64,000 bases of DNA from a virus (Duplodnaviria > Heunggongvirae > Uroviricota > Caudoviricetes), in the IMG/VR virus record IMGVR_UViG_3300026980_000004, one strand, 5' to 3'. Positions 42,035 through 50,211 of this stretch are shown here, in pieces. A model generated the notes under the pieces. It was not told the DNA's origin, made no database searches, and was given only the letters and a program-made list of their open reading frames with translations. The number at the start of each line of letters is the position of its first letter. The stretch's first letter is position 1. Both the position numbers and the translations under genes were made by a program.

Positions 42035-44809
42035 ATGCCAAGATTAAAAAAGAAAATAGAATCAAATATTAAAGCAATATACCCATCATCATTAATTGCA
42101 CAAAATTTTGCCGAGGGTGATGATTCTTTTCATGGTTATGTTTTATGGGATGTTAGTGATAATAAAAATATTACACACGAAAAAAGAGAAATTAAATCCG
42201 AATATAGTTATAGAACTGTAAAAGTAAATAGATTTACAGATTTTTCGTACTTGGATTTTGAAATCGAAAACCCAACAAAATATATGAATATTAGAGTCAT
42301 TTGGAATGTATTTCCATCTGATTATAATACTGAAAATATTTCATTGGTAAATAAATATATTAAAAATACATATGGTAACACACATGTTATTACACACCCA
42401 AAAGATTTTATTGTAACAGAAGAAATCGAAATTGAAAATAAGAGTGATTTAAAACTTGAAAACATTGTTTCAAAAGATGTTCAGCAAAAGATTTTTAAAA
42501 ATTATTTAGAGGAATTAGGTTGGGGAAATGATTTTATCCAAGATATATTTAAATTGGATGATGAAATTTCAAAAAGAGTTGTTAGTGGTGATGTCGAAAA
42601 CATTATATGGAAACCAATAAAAATTCAGGGAAGAAATTTTAGATCATATGAAAATATTGATTTGGATTTTAGAAATTATATTGGTACTACTCAAATAGGT
42701 GGAAAAAATAGGGGTGGTAAATCATCTATCATTCAACTATTAATGTATGTTTTGTATGGTAAAACTATTGAGACTGAAAAAACTCAAAAAAATGGTGATA
42801 ACCGATTTATTAACAATAAACTAGATGCTGATTTTTGTAATGGATATGCTGTTATTGAAGCAAATGGTGAATATTATGGTGTTTTTAGACAAACAAATAG
42901 AAAATGGAATAGAGGTAAAACAGAAATTACTGGATCACCTAGTATTGTAAAATATTATAAATTATCATCACCAGATGAAATATATTCTGAAAATAATGAA
43001 ATATCTGAAGATAATCAAAATCTATCCGAAGAAGATAGAATAAAAACACAAAAGGTAATCAATAAAATTATTGGTGATTATGATAATTTTAACAGACTTG
43101 TTTTAACAACTGCAGACACCCTAAATAGAATTTTATCTGTAAATAAAGCTGATTTTATTGATAATCTATTGTATGATTTAGGTTTGGATATTTTCGATAA
43201 AAAACTAGATGAATTCAAACAATATAAAAATGAGTATCAAAAAAATACAGAAAAACTTGTAATCAATATCGAATCAACAGAAGAAAAAATATTAAAATAT
43301 AAGGAAGAAATTGCAGATATTGAAAATGAAATTGGTGAAATAAAAGATGTAAAAATTAAGGAACTTGAAGAATCAATATCTAAAGGAGTAGATTTTAAAA
43401 ATGATTTAATTAAAAAACTTCATAAAATAAACAAAGATATTGAGACCCTAAACCCCGATGTTATTAATCAAAATATTAATAGATTTAATGATGATTTAAC
43501 AAATAAAAAAACAAAATTAAATACAAATCTTAATAAGATTAAAACACTAAGAGATACTTATGATAAAGAAAGATTAGAAAAATTAACCAATGAAAAAGAT
43601 GATTTTAAAACATTGGTATATAAAAATAAAGATTTGATTAATGGTAAGAAAGATCAAATAAGAGAGGTACAAGATGCTAAAAGTAAATTACAAACAAAAA
43701 TATTTTTAATTGAAAAAGAAATTAAATCGTTAAAGAGTGAAAATGATAATCTTGAACATAGCAAAACTTGTCCAACATGTAATCAAACATTAAGACCAGA
43801 AGATATTGATGTTATTAAAGTTAAAATAAATAATAATAATACTCTGATTAATGAAAAACAGTTAAATATTGATCACATTAATAATAGATTGCCCGATGCA
43901 GATCGAAAAATTGATGAAATTAATAAAGAAATTAAAAAGATAAATGATGAAATCGACCAACTAAATTTAGATATGGAAAAAACACTGGAAGATATTGGTG
44001 TTTTAACCAATCATAAAAATGAGGTTGATGAACGTGATAAATTGATTCTAATCAATAATACGATTAAAACAGAAATCGAAAATACAGAATTAAAAATTGA
44101 TAATGAAAACGCTAAATTAAACGAATATAATAATTCACTTAAACAAATTGAAGAGAACAAAAAGATTAATAATAAAATTAAATTATCAGAAGAAAGATTA
44201 GCTGTTCTTAACGAAGAAAGGGATAATCAAATATTAAATATTAGTAACCATAATAATAATATTAAGAATTTAGAAAATTCTATCAAAGAATCTAAAGAGA
44301 GTATTGATAAATTTAAAAAACAAGAATATACAGATAAAATATTTAAAACTTATCAATCTTTAATACATAGAGATGGAATACCATCAAAATTACTTAAAGA
44401 ACACTCAATACCAGTTATTAATAAAACACTTGGAAAACTATTGGAAAATGTTACATTTACAGTTTGGCTGGACCCAGATGATATTACACTGAAAATGGCT
44501 GATATTAGTAAAACAGATTCAGTTATTGATTGTATTTCAGGTTCTGGAATGGAAAGAACATTTGCAGCAATCGCATTTAAGTTTTGTTTAAATGAACTCA
44601 ATATTAAATCAAGACCATCTATCATTATATTGGATGAAGTAACGGGTAAATTGGTTGACGAATCTGTTGAATTATTCTTAGATTTACTAAATGTAATTAA
44701 GAAAAAAATACAGAATATTCTAATAATCGAACATACACATGATGTACAACCAGATTATTATATTGAGGTTCAAAAAAATGAAAAAGGAATATCTAAACTA
44801 ATTAAATAA
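42035..44809 (+). CDS. sbcC: SbcD C-terminal fragment fused to SbcC/Rad50-like ATPase
   Basis: N-terminal AIYPSSLIAQNF.E...HGYVLWD (SbcD end); Walker A GKNRGGKSS, zinc hook CPTC, signature SGSGMER, Walker B IIILDE. Confidence 0.85.
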   Translation: MPRLKKKIESNIKAIYPSSLIAQNFAEGDDSFHGYVLWDVSDNKNITHEKREIKSEYSYRTVKVNRFTDFSYLDFEIENPTKYMNIRVIWNVFPSDYNTENISLVNKYIKNTYGNTHVITHPKDFIVTEEIEIENKSDLKLENIVSKDVQQKIFKNYLEELGWGNDFIQDIFKLDDEISKRVVSGDVENIIWKPIKIQGRNFRSYENIDLDFRNYIGTTQIGGKNRGGKSSIIQLLMYVLYGKTIETEKTQKNGDNRFINNKLDADFCNGYAVIEANGEYYGVFRQTNRKWNRGKTEITGSPSIVKYYKLSSPDEIYSENNEISEDNQNLSEEDRIKTQKVINKIIGDYDNFNRLVLTTADTLNRILSVNKADFIDNLLYDLGLDIFDKKLDEFKQYKNEYQKNTEKLVINIESTEEKILKYKEEIADIENEIGEIKDVKIKELEESISKGVDFKNDLIKKLHKINKDIETLNPDVINQNINRFNDDLTNKKTKLNTNLNKIKTLRDTYDKERLEKLTNEKDDFKTLVYKNKDLINGKKDQIREVQDAKSKLQTKIFLIEKEIKSLKSENDNLEHSKTCPTCNQTLRPEDIDVIKVKINNNNTLINEKQLNIDHINNRLPDADRKIDEINKEIKKINDEIDQLNLDMEKTLEDIGVLTNHKNEVDERDKLILINNTIKTEIENTELKIDNENAKLNEYNNSLKQIEENKKINNKIKLSEERLAVLNEERDNQILNISNHNNNIKNLENSIKESKESIDKFKKQEYTDKIFKTYQSLIHRDGIPSKLLKEHSIPVINKTLGKLLENVTFTVWLDPDDITLKMADISKTDSVIDCISGSGMERTFAAIAFKFCLNELNIKSRPSIIILDEVTGKLVDESVELFLDLLNVIKKKIQNILIIEHTHDVQPDYYIEVQKNEKGISKLIK

Positions 44810-44877
44810 AATTTATAAAAAATAAGAGCTAATTCATGGAAAATATATTATTGAATTTGGGTGTTAAAAGGGATGAT

Positions 44878-44939
44878 GCATAACGATGTAGCTATGCCAT
44901 CGGCTGAGGAACGAAGCTGGGGTATAGCGTGTGTTGGCT
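44878..44939 (+). repeat. attC-like site 1 (62 bp)
   Basis: GCATAAC 44878-84; arms GCTATGCC(A)TCGGCT / AGCTGGGGTATAGC; GTTGGCT 44933-39. Confidence 0.7.
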
Positions 44940-44946
44940 AAATGAA

Positions 44947-45077
44947 TGCCAACGGACGAGTATATGATTTCGGTGGCGATTGATTGCAGGACTTTTCGCA
45001 TACTGACAAACTTTCAAGACTGCACAGTGGTTTAAATTAAGCAGTATAACCCCACTGAATTATATACATTGTTATGC
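44947..45077 (+). repeat. attC-like site 2 (131 bp)
   Basis: TGCCAAC; arms 44960-76 / 45052-67 (16 bp, 2 G-T, 1 bulge); GTTATGC 45071-77. Confidence 0.75.
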
Positions 45078-45089
45078 TGCGTTAATTGT

Positions 45090-45272
45090 ATGAGTAATTT
45101 AAGACTGAATATTAGAATACTAATGTGGCATATACAGATAAGCTACAATTGGAAAATAAGTGTAACCTATAATGACTACCATAAAGGATTAAATTATGGT
45201 TGGTTTGCTGTTTATGAATATAAAAGACTATTTGAAAGAAGTAGAAATTTTGATAGGGATAATGCAGCATAA
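45090..45272 (+). CDS. Cassette gene, 60-aa hypothetical
   Basis: ATG 45090; stop TAA lies inside the GCATAAC box; flanked by GTTATGCTGC/GCAGCATAAC. Confidence 0.6.
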   Translation: MSNLRLNIRILMWHIQISYNWKISVTYNDYHKGLNYGWFAVYEYKRLFERSRNFDRDNAA

Positions 45273-45394
45273 CGGTACTCAGCTATGAATAGTGCGATTT
45301 AAAAACAAAAAATATAAAATTATGGCAAAATCAAATAAAGAATTACAGGATGAAATAGATAATAGCAGAGCATTATTTATAGCTGATGTTATGC
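45267..45394 (+). repeat. attC-like site 3 (128 bp)
   Basis: GCATAAC; arms 45279-95 / 45370-86 (17 bp, 2 G-T); GTTATGC 45388-94. Confidence 0.8.
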
Positions 45395-45537
45395 GCTGTT
45401 TGAAATCTGACCCTGATGCAAATGATGGAACTAAAAATTATAAAGAATTACCCCAATATTTGAGTGAATTAATAGATAAGGATGGGAGTTTAATGGGTGG
45501 GTTAATTATCGCAATTGAACACTATCTGGAAAAATAG
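45322..45537 (+). CDS. Cassette gene, 71-aa hypothetical starting inside the site 3 loop
   Basis: A-rich leader then ATG 45322; reads through the right arm and GTT as ..FIADV|MRC. Confidence 0.65.
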   Translation: MAKSNKELQDEIDNSRALFIADVMRCLKSDPDANDGTKNYKELPQYLSELIDKDGSLMGGLIIAIEHYLEK

Positions 45538-45538
45538 C

Positions 45539-45746
45539 GCATAACGTAGGTGGCTAAACGCTGATTTTTAACCGATTTAAAAGACGAAAACAATGAAAGA
45601 TATTAAATGTGTAAATGGATGTAAGTACTTTAATGGTGGTGAAATTAAACACCACGAAGATTGCCCACACTATCCTGAATCAATGAGTAAAATGTATGAT
45701 GACCTCAAAAGCGAGGTTAAAAATTTGCGTTTAGCTAATGTTAGGC
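45539..45746 (+). repeat. attC-like site 4 (208 bp)
   Basis: GCATAAC; arms 45551-73 / 45715-37 (23 positions, 2 G-T, 1 T-T); GTTAGGC 45740-46. Confidence 0.8.
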
Positions 45747-45844
45747 TTTCGTTGCTTAATAAGGTTCAGGAAATAGCATTTGGCGATGGTTCTGCTCAGG
45801 AGCGTATGGTAGATATAAAGGCATTATTCAGCAATGAAGTCTAA
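45593..45844 (+). CDS. Cassette gene, 83-aa hypothetical (Cys/His-rich N-terminus) starting inside the site 4 loop
   Basis: CVNGC...HHEDCPH; reads through as ..LRLANV|RLS; stop TAA inside GTCTAAC. Confidence 0.65.
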   Translation: MKDIKCVNGCKYFNGGEIKHHEDCPHYPESMSKMYDDLKSEVKNLRLANVRLSLLNKVQEIAFGDGSAQERMVDIKALFSNEV

Positions 45845-45960
45845 CGGTTTGTATATGGCACGTAGCCATTCACTAACCTAAGTAGAAGAGAAACAAATTT
45901 AATAACCGCACATAGTTTCAAAAATAGCCTAACAGCTATGTGCTATATACTTTGTTAGGC
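45839..45960 (+). repeat. attC-like site 5 (122 bp)
   Basis: GTCTAAC; arms 45851-66 / 45935-50 (16 bp, 2 G-T); GTTAGGC 45954-60. Confidence 0.8.
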
Positions 45961-45970
45961 TTAGTTGATT

Positions 45971-46192
45971 ATGGAACTTACAACAGAACAAATATTAGAG
46001 ATGAACGAAAAGCGTTTTATTTCTCATAGCACTGGAATGAAATGTGCAAAGTGTGGTAGTGATTTTAAAGTAAACAATAGGCACTTACTACCATTTGAAT
46101 TTGAGAAACTTAATGACACAATTGGTAAGGTTTGGATACCTTGTCCAAGATGCGATGAAAAGTATGATTTAGGGATATGTAGGCACAATTAA
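45971..46192 (+). CDS. Cassette gene, 73-aa zinc-ribbon protein
   Basis: CAKC...CPRC; flanked by GTTAGGCTTA/TAAGCCTAAC. Confidence 0.65.
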   Translation: MELTTEQILEMNEKRFISHSTGMKCAKCGSDFKVNNRHLLPFEFEKLNDTIGKVWIPCPRCDEKYDLGICRHN

Positions 46193-46368
46193 GCCTAACT
46201 ATTATATAGATATAATAGTTCACAACTAACTGAAAATAAAACACTTAAATCATGAAAAAGATTGATTATTACGAAATTTAAAAACAAAAATTGAAGTAAT
46301 ATGGTTATTTAAAATATTACATTAACTTTTTTCTATATTAACTATTTATATATACTAATCAAAGTATT

Positions 46369-46992
46369 ATGTCTCTAGTTAATATACAAAAAAAAGTAGG
46401 TGCAACACCTGATGATATTTTTGGTCCGAATACTGCAAATCATATTTTAAATTATTATAATTTAAATAAAATACATGGGGCGATATTTTTAGGTCAATGT
46501 TCACATGAAACAGGTAATTGGAAACATTTTGAAGAAAATTTAAATTATTCAGCAGAGAGACTTGCAAAAGTATGGCCTCATAGATATTCAGAAAATAAAG
46601 AACCAAATGAATTAGCAAAAAGATTACAAAGAAACCCAGAAATGATTGCAAATAATGTATATGCAAATAGAATGGGAAATGGTTCTGAAGAGTCTGGTGA
46701 TGGATGGAGGTATAGAGGTAGAGGTGCAATACAATTAACTGGAAAATTTAATTATAGTGAATTTTCTAGATATACAAAAGATCCTGAAATTATTGAAAAT
46801 CCAGATAAAATAATAACAGAATATATCATCGATTCTGCAATTTGGTTTTTTAATAAAAATAGATTGTGGAGTTTATGTACCGATATTAGTAATGAAACAA
46901 TAAAAAGGGTAACAAAAAAAATCAATGGTGGTTTTAATGGTCTTGATGATAGGATTGAAAAAATAAACAAATATTATAATTGGATTAAATAA
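46369..46992 (+). CDS. Endolysin, glycoside hydrolase family 19
   Basis: FLGQCSHETG, EENLNYS, GDGWRYRGRGAIQLTG..NY, VTKKINGG.NGL.DR; short N-terminal PG-binding-like segment. Confidence 0.88.
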   Translation: MSLVNIQKKVGATPDDIFGPNTANHILNYYNLNKIHGAIFLGQCSHETGNWKHFEENLNYSAERLAKVWPHRYSENKEPNELAKRLQRNPEMIANNVYANRMGNGSEESGDGWRYRGRGAIQLTGKFNYSEFSRYTKDPEIIENPDKIITEYIIDSAIWFFNKNRLWSLCTDISNETIKRVTKKINGGFNGLDDRIEKINKYYNWIK

Positions 46993-48506
46993 TGAGTGGA
47001 TATATAAAAAATAATTTAATTGTTGATTTTGATATTAATGATATTGATGAAAATACATTTAGTGTCAAATCAAAACATAAATGGAGTGGCACGAAATTTA
47101 ATTCAATTGAAATAAATGATTATGGATTAAATCAATATGATGTTGGATTATCAACTGATTTAAAAAATAGTAAAACATTAAATAGTGAATATTTTACATT
47201 AGATAGAATCGGTGAACCAAATCAAAATGGTACGATTAGTTATAGTAATTATCCATTAACGATAGTAGATTCACCAACAATCGGTAAATATCTTAAATCA
47301 ACTGGTGGATATCTTATAAACCCATTTAAATTACATGAATATGGTATTGAATATATTCCAAGAAAATTTAATAATGGTTTTACATTTGAATTAACATTAT
47401 ATGTTGATGATACAACATTTACTGGAACCACAAGTAATTCAAATTTCTTCCTATCTTTAGGAACAAGAGCAGAAGATAAATTTTCAAATACCTATTCGGG
47501 AAATACATCATATATAACATCAGAGGGTGCAACACTTGATAATAGTTATAAAGTATATGATATATTAAACTTAAAAGAAAATACACAATATCTTGAAAAT
47601 ATAACAACATTTTTTGAAACGGAAAATCTTTATATTAAAAACGTTGACCAGAAAGATTTTATTTTTGAAGATATTAATGATGACACTTTTAAATTAGTAT
47701 ATAATAATACGTTACTTATTTTAGATACCGACTATACAGTTGATCTAAGAACAAAAACAATTACATTATTAAATATTGATATAAAAACAACTGATACTCT
47801 TACAATCAATTATTATAAACAAATTGACGATACTAATTTAGTTAATATTAACTTATCTGAAATAGATAATAGTGCAGGAAACCAAGAATACGGTATTGAA
47901 AATAATATAATCGGTTTTAGATTTGATAAATTTGGAAAAATTGGATATAAAAAAGTAGACCAAAATGGTAATATTGAAGAGTATTATTCTGATAATCAAG
48001 CAGTCTATGAAAATTGGAATCATATTGTTATTACATTTCAACCAAATCAAACATATTCAGAAAATAACACAGAAATTGATGATGAGTGTCCTTTAACAAA
48101 CCCAAGAGAAGGTACACTGAAAATATTTGTTAATGGACTTTTATATATGAAAAAAGATGATTTTATAGAACCACAGTTTAATCCATACCCAATTGATAGA
48201 TCAAAACAAGTGGGTGTACCCTATAACATTTCATGGGGCGGTGGATTCCCTGGTTTAAAACATTCATATAACTTTAATGGAACTGATGATCAAGTACCAT
48301 TTGAATTAAATCCTAATAATGAAAATTTAATTATTCAAAATAATTTTGATGGTTATTTTAAAGGGGGTATTCAAAAATTAAGAATATACGATAATAATTT
48401 TACATTTTCAAATGTAAAATATAATTATGATTTTGAGAGTGATTATTATAATATCGAATATAATAAAGGTGGAAGATTAATACATATTAATAATTATATT
48501 GTTTAA
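46992..48506 (+). CDS. Structural protein with LamG-like fold
   Basis: FTFELTL, NWNHIVITF, LKIFVNG, FKGGIQKLRIYD. Confidence 0.55.
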   Translation: MSGYIKNNLIVDFDINDIDENTFSVKSKHKWSGTKFNSIEINDYGLNQYDVGLSTDLKNSKTLNSEYFTLDRIGEPNQNGTISYSNYPLTIVDSPTIGKYLKSTGGYLINPFKLHEYGIEYIPRKFNNGFTFELTLYVDDTTFTGTTSNSNFFLSLGTRAEDKFSNTYSGNTSYITSEGATLDNSYKVYDILNLKENTQYLENITTFFETENLYIKNVDQKDFIFEDINDDTFKLVYNNTLLILDTDYTVDLRTKTITLLNIDIKTTDTLTINYYKQIDDTNLVNINLSEIDNSAGNQEYGIENNIIGFRFDKFGKIGYKKVDQNGNIEEYYSDNQAVYENWNHIVITFQPNQTYSENNTEIDDECPLTNPREGTLKIFVNGLLYMKKDDFIEPQFNPYPIDRSKQVGVPYNISWGGGFPGLKHSYNFNGTDDQVPFELNPNNENLIIQNNFDGYFKGGIQKLRIYDNNFTFSNVKYNYDFESDYYNIEYNKGGRLIHINNYIV

Positions 48507-48540
48507 TATTATATAATAAGTATTTATATAAAAAATAAAA

Positions 48541-48798
48541 ATGAAACTATTACCAAACCAAGATACATTCGAAAAAACACAATTATCAGTAATAGAAGAT
48601 GTACCAAATATTATCGATGAAAGTACAGAAGGTACTACATATATTGGATATGCAAAAAGAGGTACCGCACTTGACCAACCAAATTGGAGAATTAAAAAAA
48701 TTGTAACCGTAGATGGTATAACCACAGTTGGTTATGTTGATGGAAAATTAAATTTTAATTATATTTGGAACAATAGAGCAAGCTACACATATCTTTAA
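48541..48798 (+). CDS. Small virion-associated protein
   Basis: TYIGYAKRG...WRIKKI...W.NRASYTY motif; upstream GTATTTATA. Confidence 0.5.
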   Translation: MKLLPNQDTFEKTQLSVIEDVPNIIDESTEGTTYIGYAKRGTALDQPNWRIKKIVTVDGITTVGYVDGKLNFNYIWNNRASYTYL

Positions 48799-48801
48799 AC
48801 T

Positions 48802-50211
48802 ATGGTTGTACTTTTTGATAAAATATCCTCAAAATTATTATATTTAATTAATATAAATGGCACTCTCAGAGATCTTAACGGAATGCCATACACAATTGTT
48901 GGTGAAGGGAAAATAAAAGACCTTAATGGAAGAATATATTTGGTTGATAATAATAAATTGGTTAATACCGATATATATGGTGTTGAATGGGATCTGAATG
49001 ATGCCACAACATTATTAACAAGAGTTGGTAAAATGTCTCTCCATAATGCAAATACTGGACTCCCAATTCAAAATAAAATGAAAAGATGTCTATTATTGGA
49101 TAACGGAAATGTCAATTATTATCTAAATCCTAATAATAGTCTGCAAAAAGAAGATGGGTCTGCATCAGTATTGGACGGTACAGACGGACAGGTAATGGTT
49201 GAAATACCCGAACATTATAGAAAATTCGAATTTGAGGGTACTAAAAGAAGAGTACTAATATCTGAAAGATCGTTTGACGGGGCACACTTGGTTCCTTTAC
49301 AATATGTCTCAGCTTTTGAAGCAACAGTTTATAGACCTGAAAATAAACTTTCTTCGGTCATAAATACAACAGCTGATTATAGGGGTGGAAATAACAACGC
49401 CTCTTGGGATGGACAAGATAATAGTCTGTTAGGTAAACCAGCTTCTTTAATATCCAGAATAGACTTTACTGATTATGCCACAAATAGAGGTCCTAAATGG
49501 TTTCAATTATTATATCAAACATATAAAGATATCATATGGTTATATATGATTGAATATGCACAGAGGAATTCACAAACAGCTTTTGATTCAAATCTAACAA
49601 TTGAAGGATATAGACAAGGTGGTTTAGGTGCTGGGGTGACAAATATTAATTCTACTGATTGGAATAATTTTAATAGTTTTTACCCTTTTATTAACTGCGG
49701 ACAGGGGACTATGGATAATTATACATCCTCTACACCATTTACACATCCTGTGTTGGGTGGAACACAAATACCACAATATAGAGGAATTGAAAATCCGTTT
49801 GGACACATATGGTCGTGGGTTGAGGGTATAAACTTAAGAGCTTTACCAACTGACATTGAAGTATACACCGCAAACGGATATAGTTTCTCAAATAATGATT
49901 ATGTAGGTTATAGTTTACAAGGGAGTACACCTACAACAAACTCATATATAAAAACACTCTTAAATGGTTCATCGAGTGGGCATATAGAGATTGTACCATC
50001 AGAAATCGGAGCATCTTCAACAACATACTGGTCAGATTTTTATAACCAATCGACACCCTCAAGCGGAGAAAGTCTGAGGGCCTTGCGCGTTGGTGGTTCT
50101 GCGCTTACTGGCGTTGCTGCGGGTTTGCTGGGCTCGGCTTCGTCTCTCGCCCCCTCGTCTTCGCTCTCCGCGTCTGTCGGTGCCCGTCTTTGCTTCATCC
50201 CGAGTGCGTAG
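48802..50211 (+). CDS. DGR target protein, C-type-lectin-like fold, probable receptor-binding tail protein
   Basis: YRGIENPFGHIWSWVEG and GARLCF C-terminus; VR at the 3' end. Confidence 0.85.
   Translation: MVVLFDKISSKLLYLININGTLRDLNGMPYTIVGEGKIKDLNGRIYLVDNNKLVNTDIYGVEWDLNDATTLLTRVGKMSLHNANTGLPIQNKMKRCLLLDNGNVNYYLNPNNSLQKEDGSASVLDGTDGQVMVEIPEHYRKFEFEGTKRRVLISERSFDGAHLVPLQYVSAFEATVYRPENKLSSVINTTADYRGGNNNASWDGQDNSLLGKPASLISRIDFTDYATNRGPKWFQLLYQTYKDIIWLYMIEYAQRNSQTAFDSNLTIEGYRQGGLGAGVTNINSTDWNNFNSFYPFINCGQGTMDNYTSSTPFTHPVLGGTQIPQYRGIENPFGHIWSWVEGINLRALPTDIEVYTANGYSFSNNDYVGYSLQGSTPTTNSYIKTLLNGSSSGHIEIVPSEIGASSTTYWSDFYNQSTPSSGESLRALRVGGSALTGVAAGLLGSASSLAPSSSLSASVGARLCFIPSA
50078..50193 (+). repeat. 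DGR variable repeat (VR), 116 nt
   Basis: Identical to TR at all non-A positions, plus one 3-nt insertion. Confidence 0.95.

Larger units (their letters stand above)
44878..46231 (+). mobile_element. Integron-like gene-cassette array (five attC-like hairpins, no integrase in window)
   Basis: Repeated architecture xxxxAAC-spacer-left arm-loop-right arm-spacer-GTTxxxx; each gene segment is flanked by complementary GTT.../...AAC boxes; locally higher GC. Confidence 0.75.

Noticed and set aside
45069-45970. ORF-track starts at 45069 (TTG), 45292 (GTG) and 45965 (TTG)
   Set aside because: Downstream ATGs at 45090, 45322 and 45971 were preferred (45322 has a clear A-rich leader); the longer starts at 45069 and 45292 lie in the hairpin arm or box region
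44878-46231. CRISPR array, MITE/REP cluster or terminator series as the explanation for the hairpins
   Set aside because: The hairpins differ in sequence and length, spacers are genes, no cas or transposase or target duplications are visible, there are no U-tracts, and the GTT/AAC box complementarity across each gene is not explained by these classes
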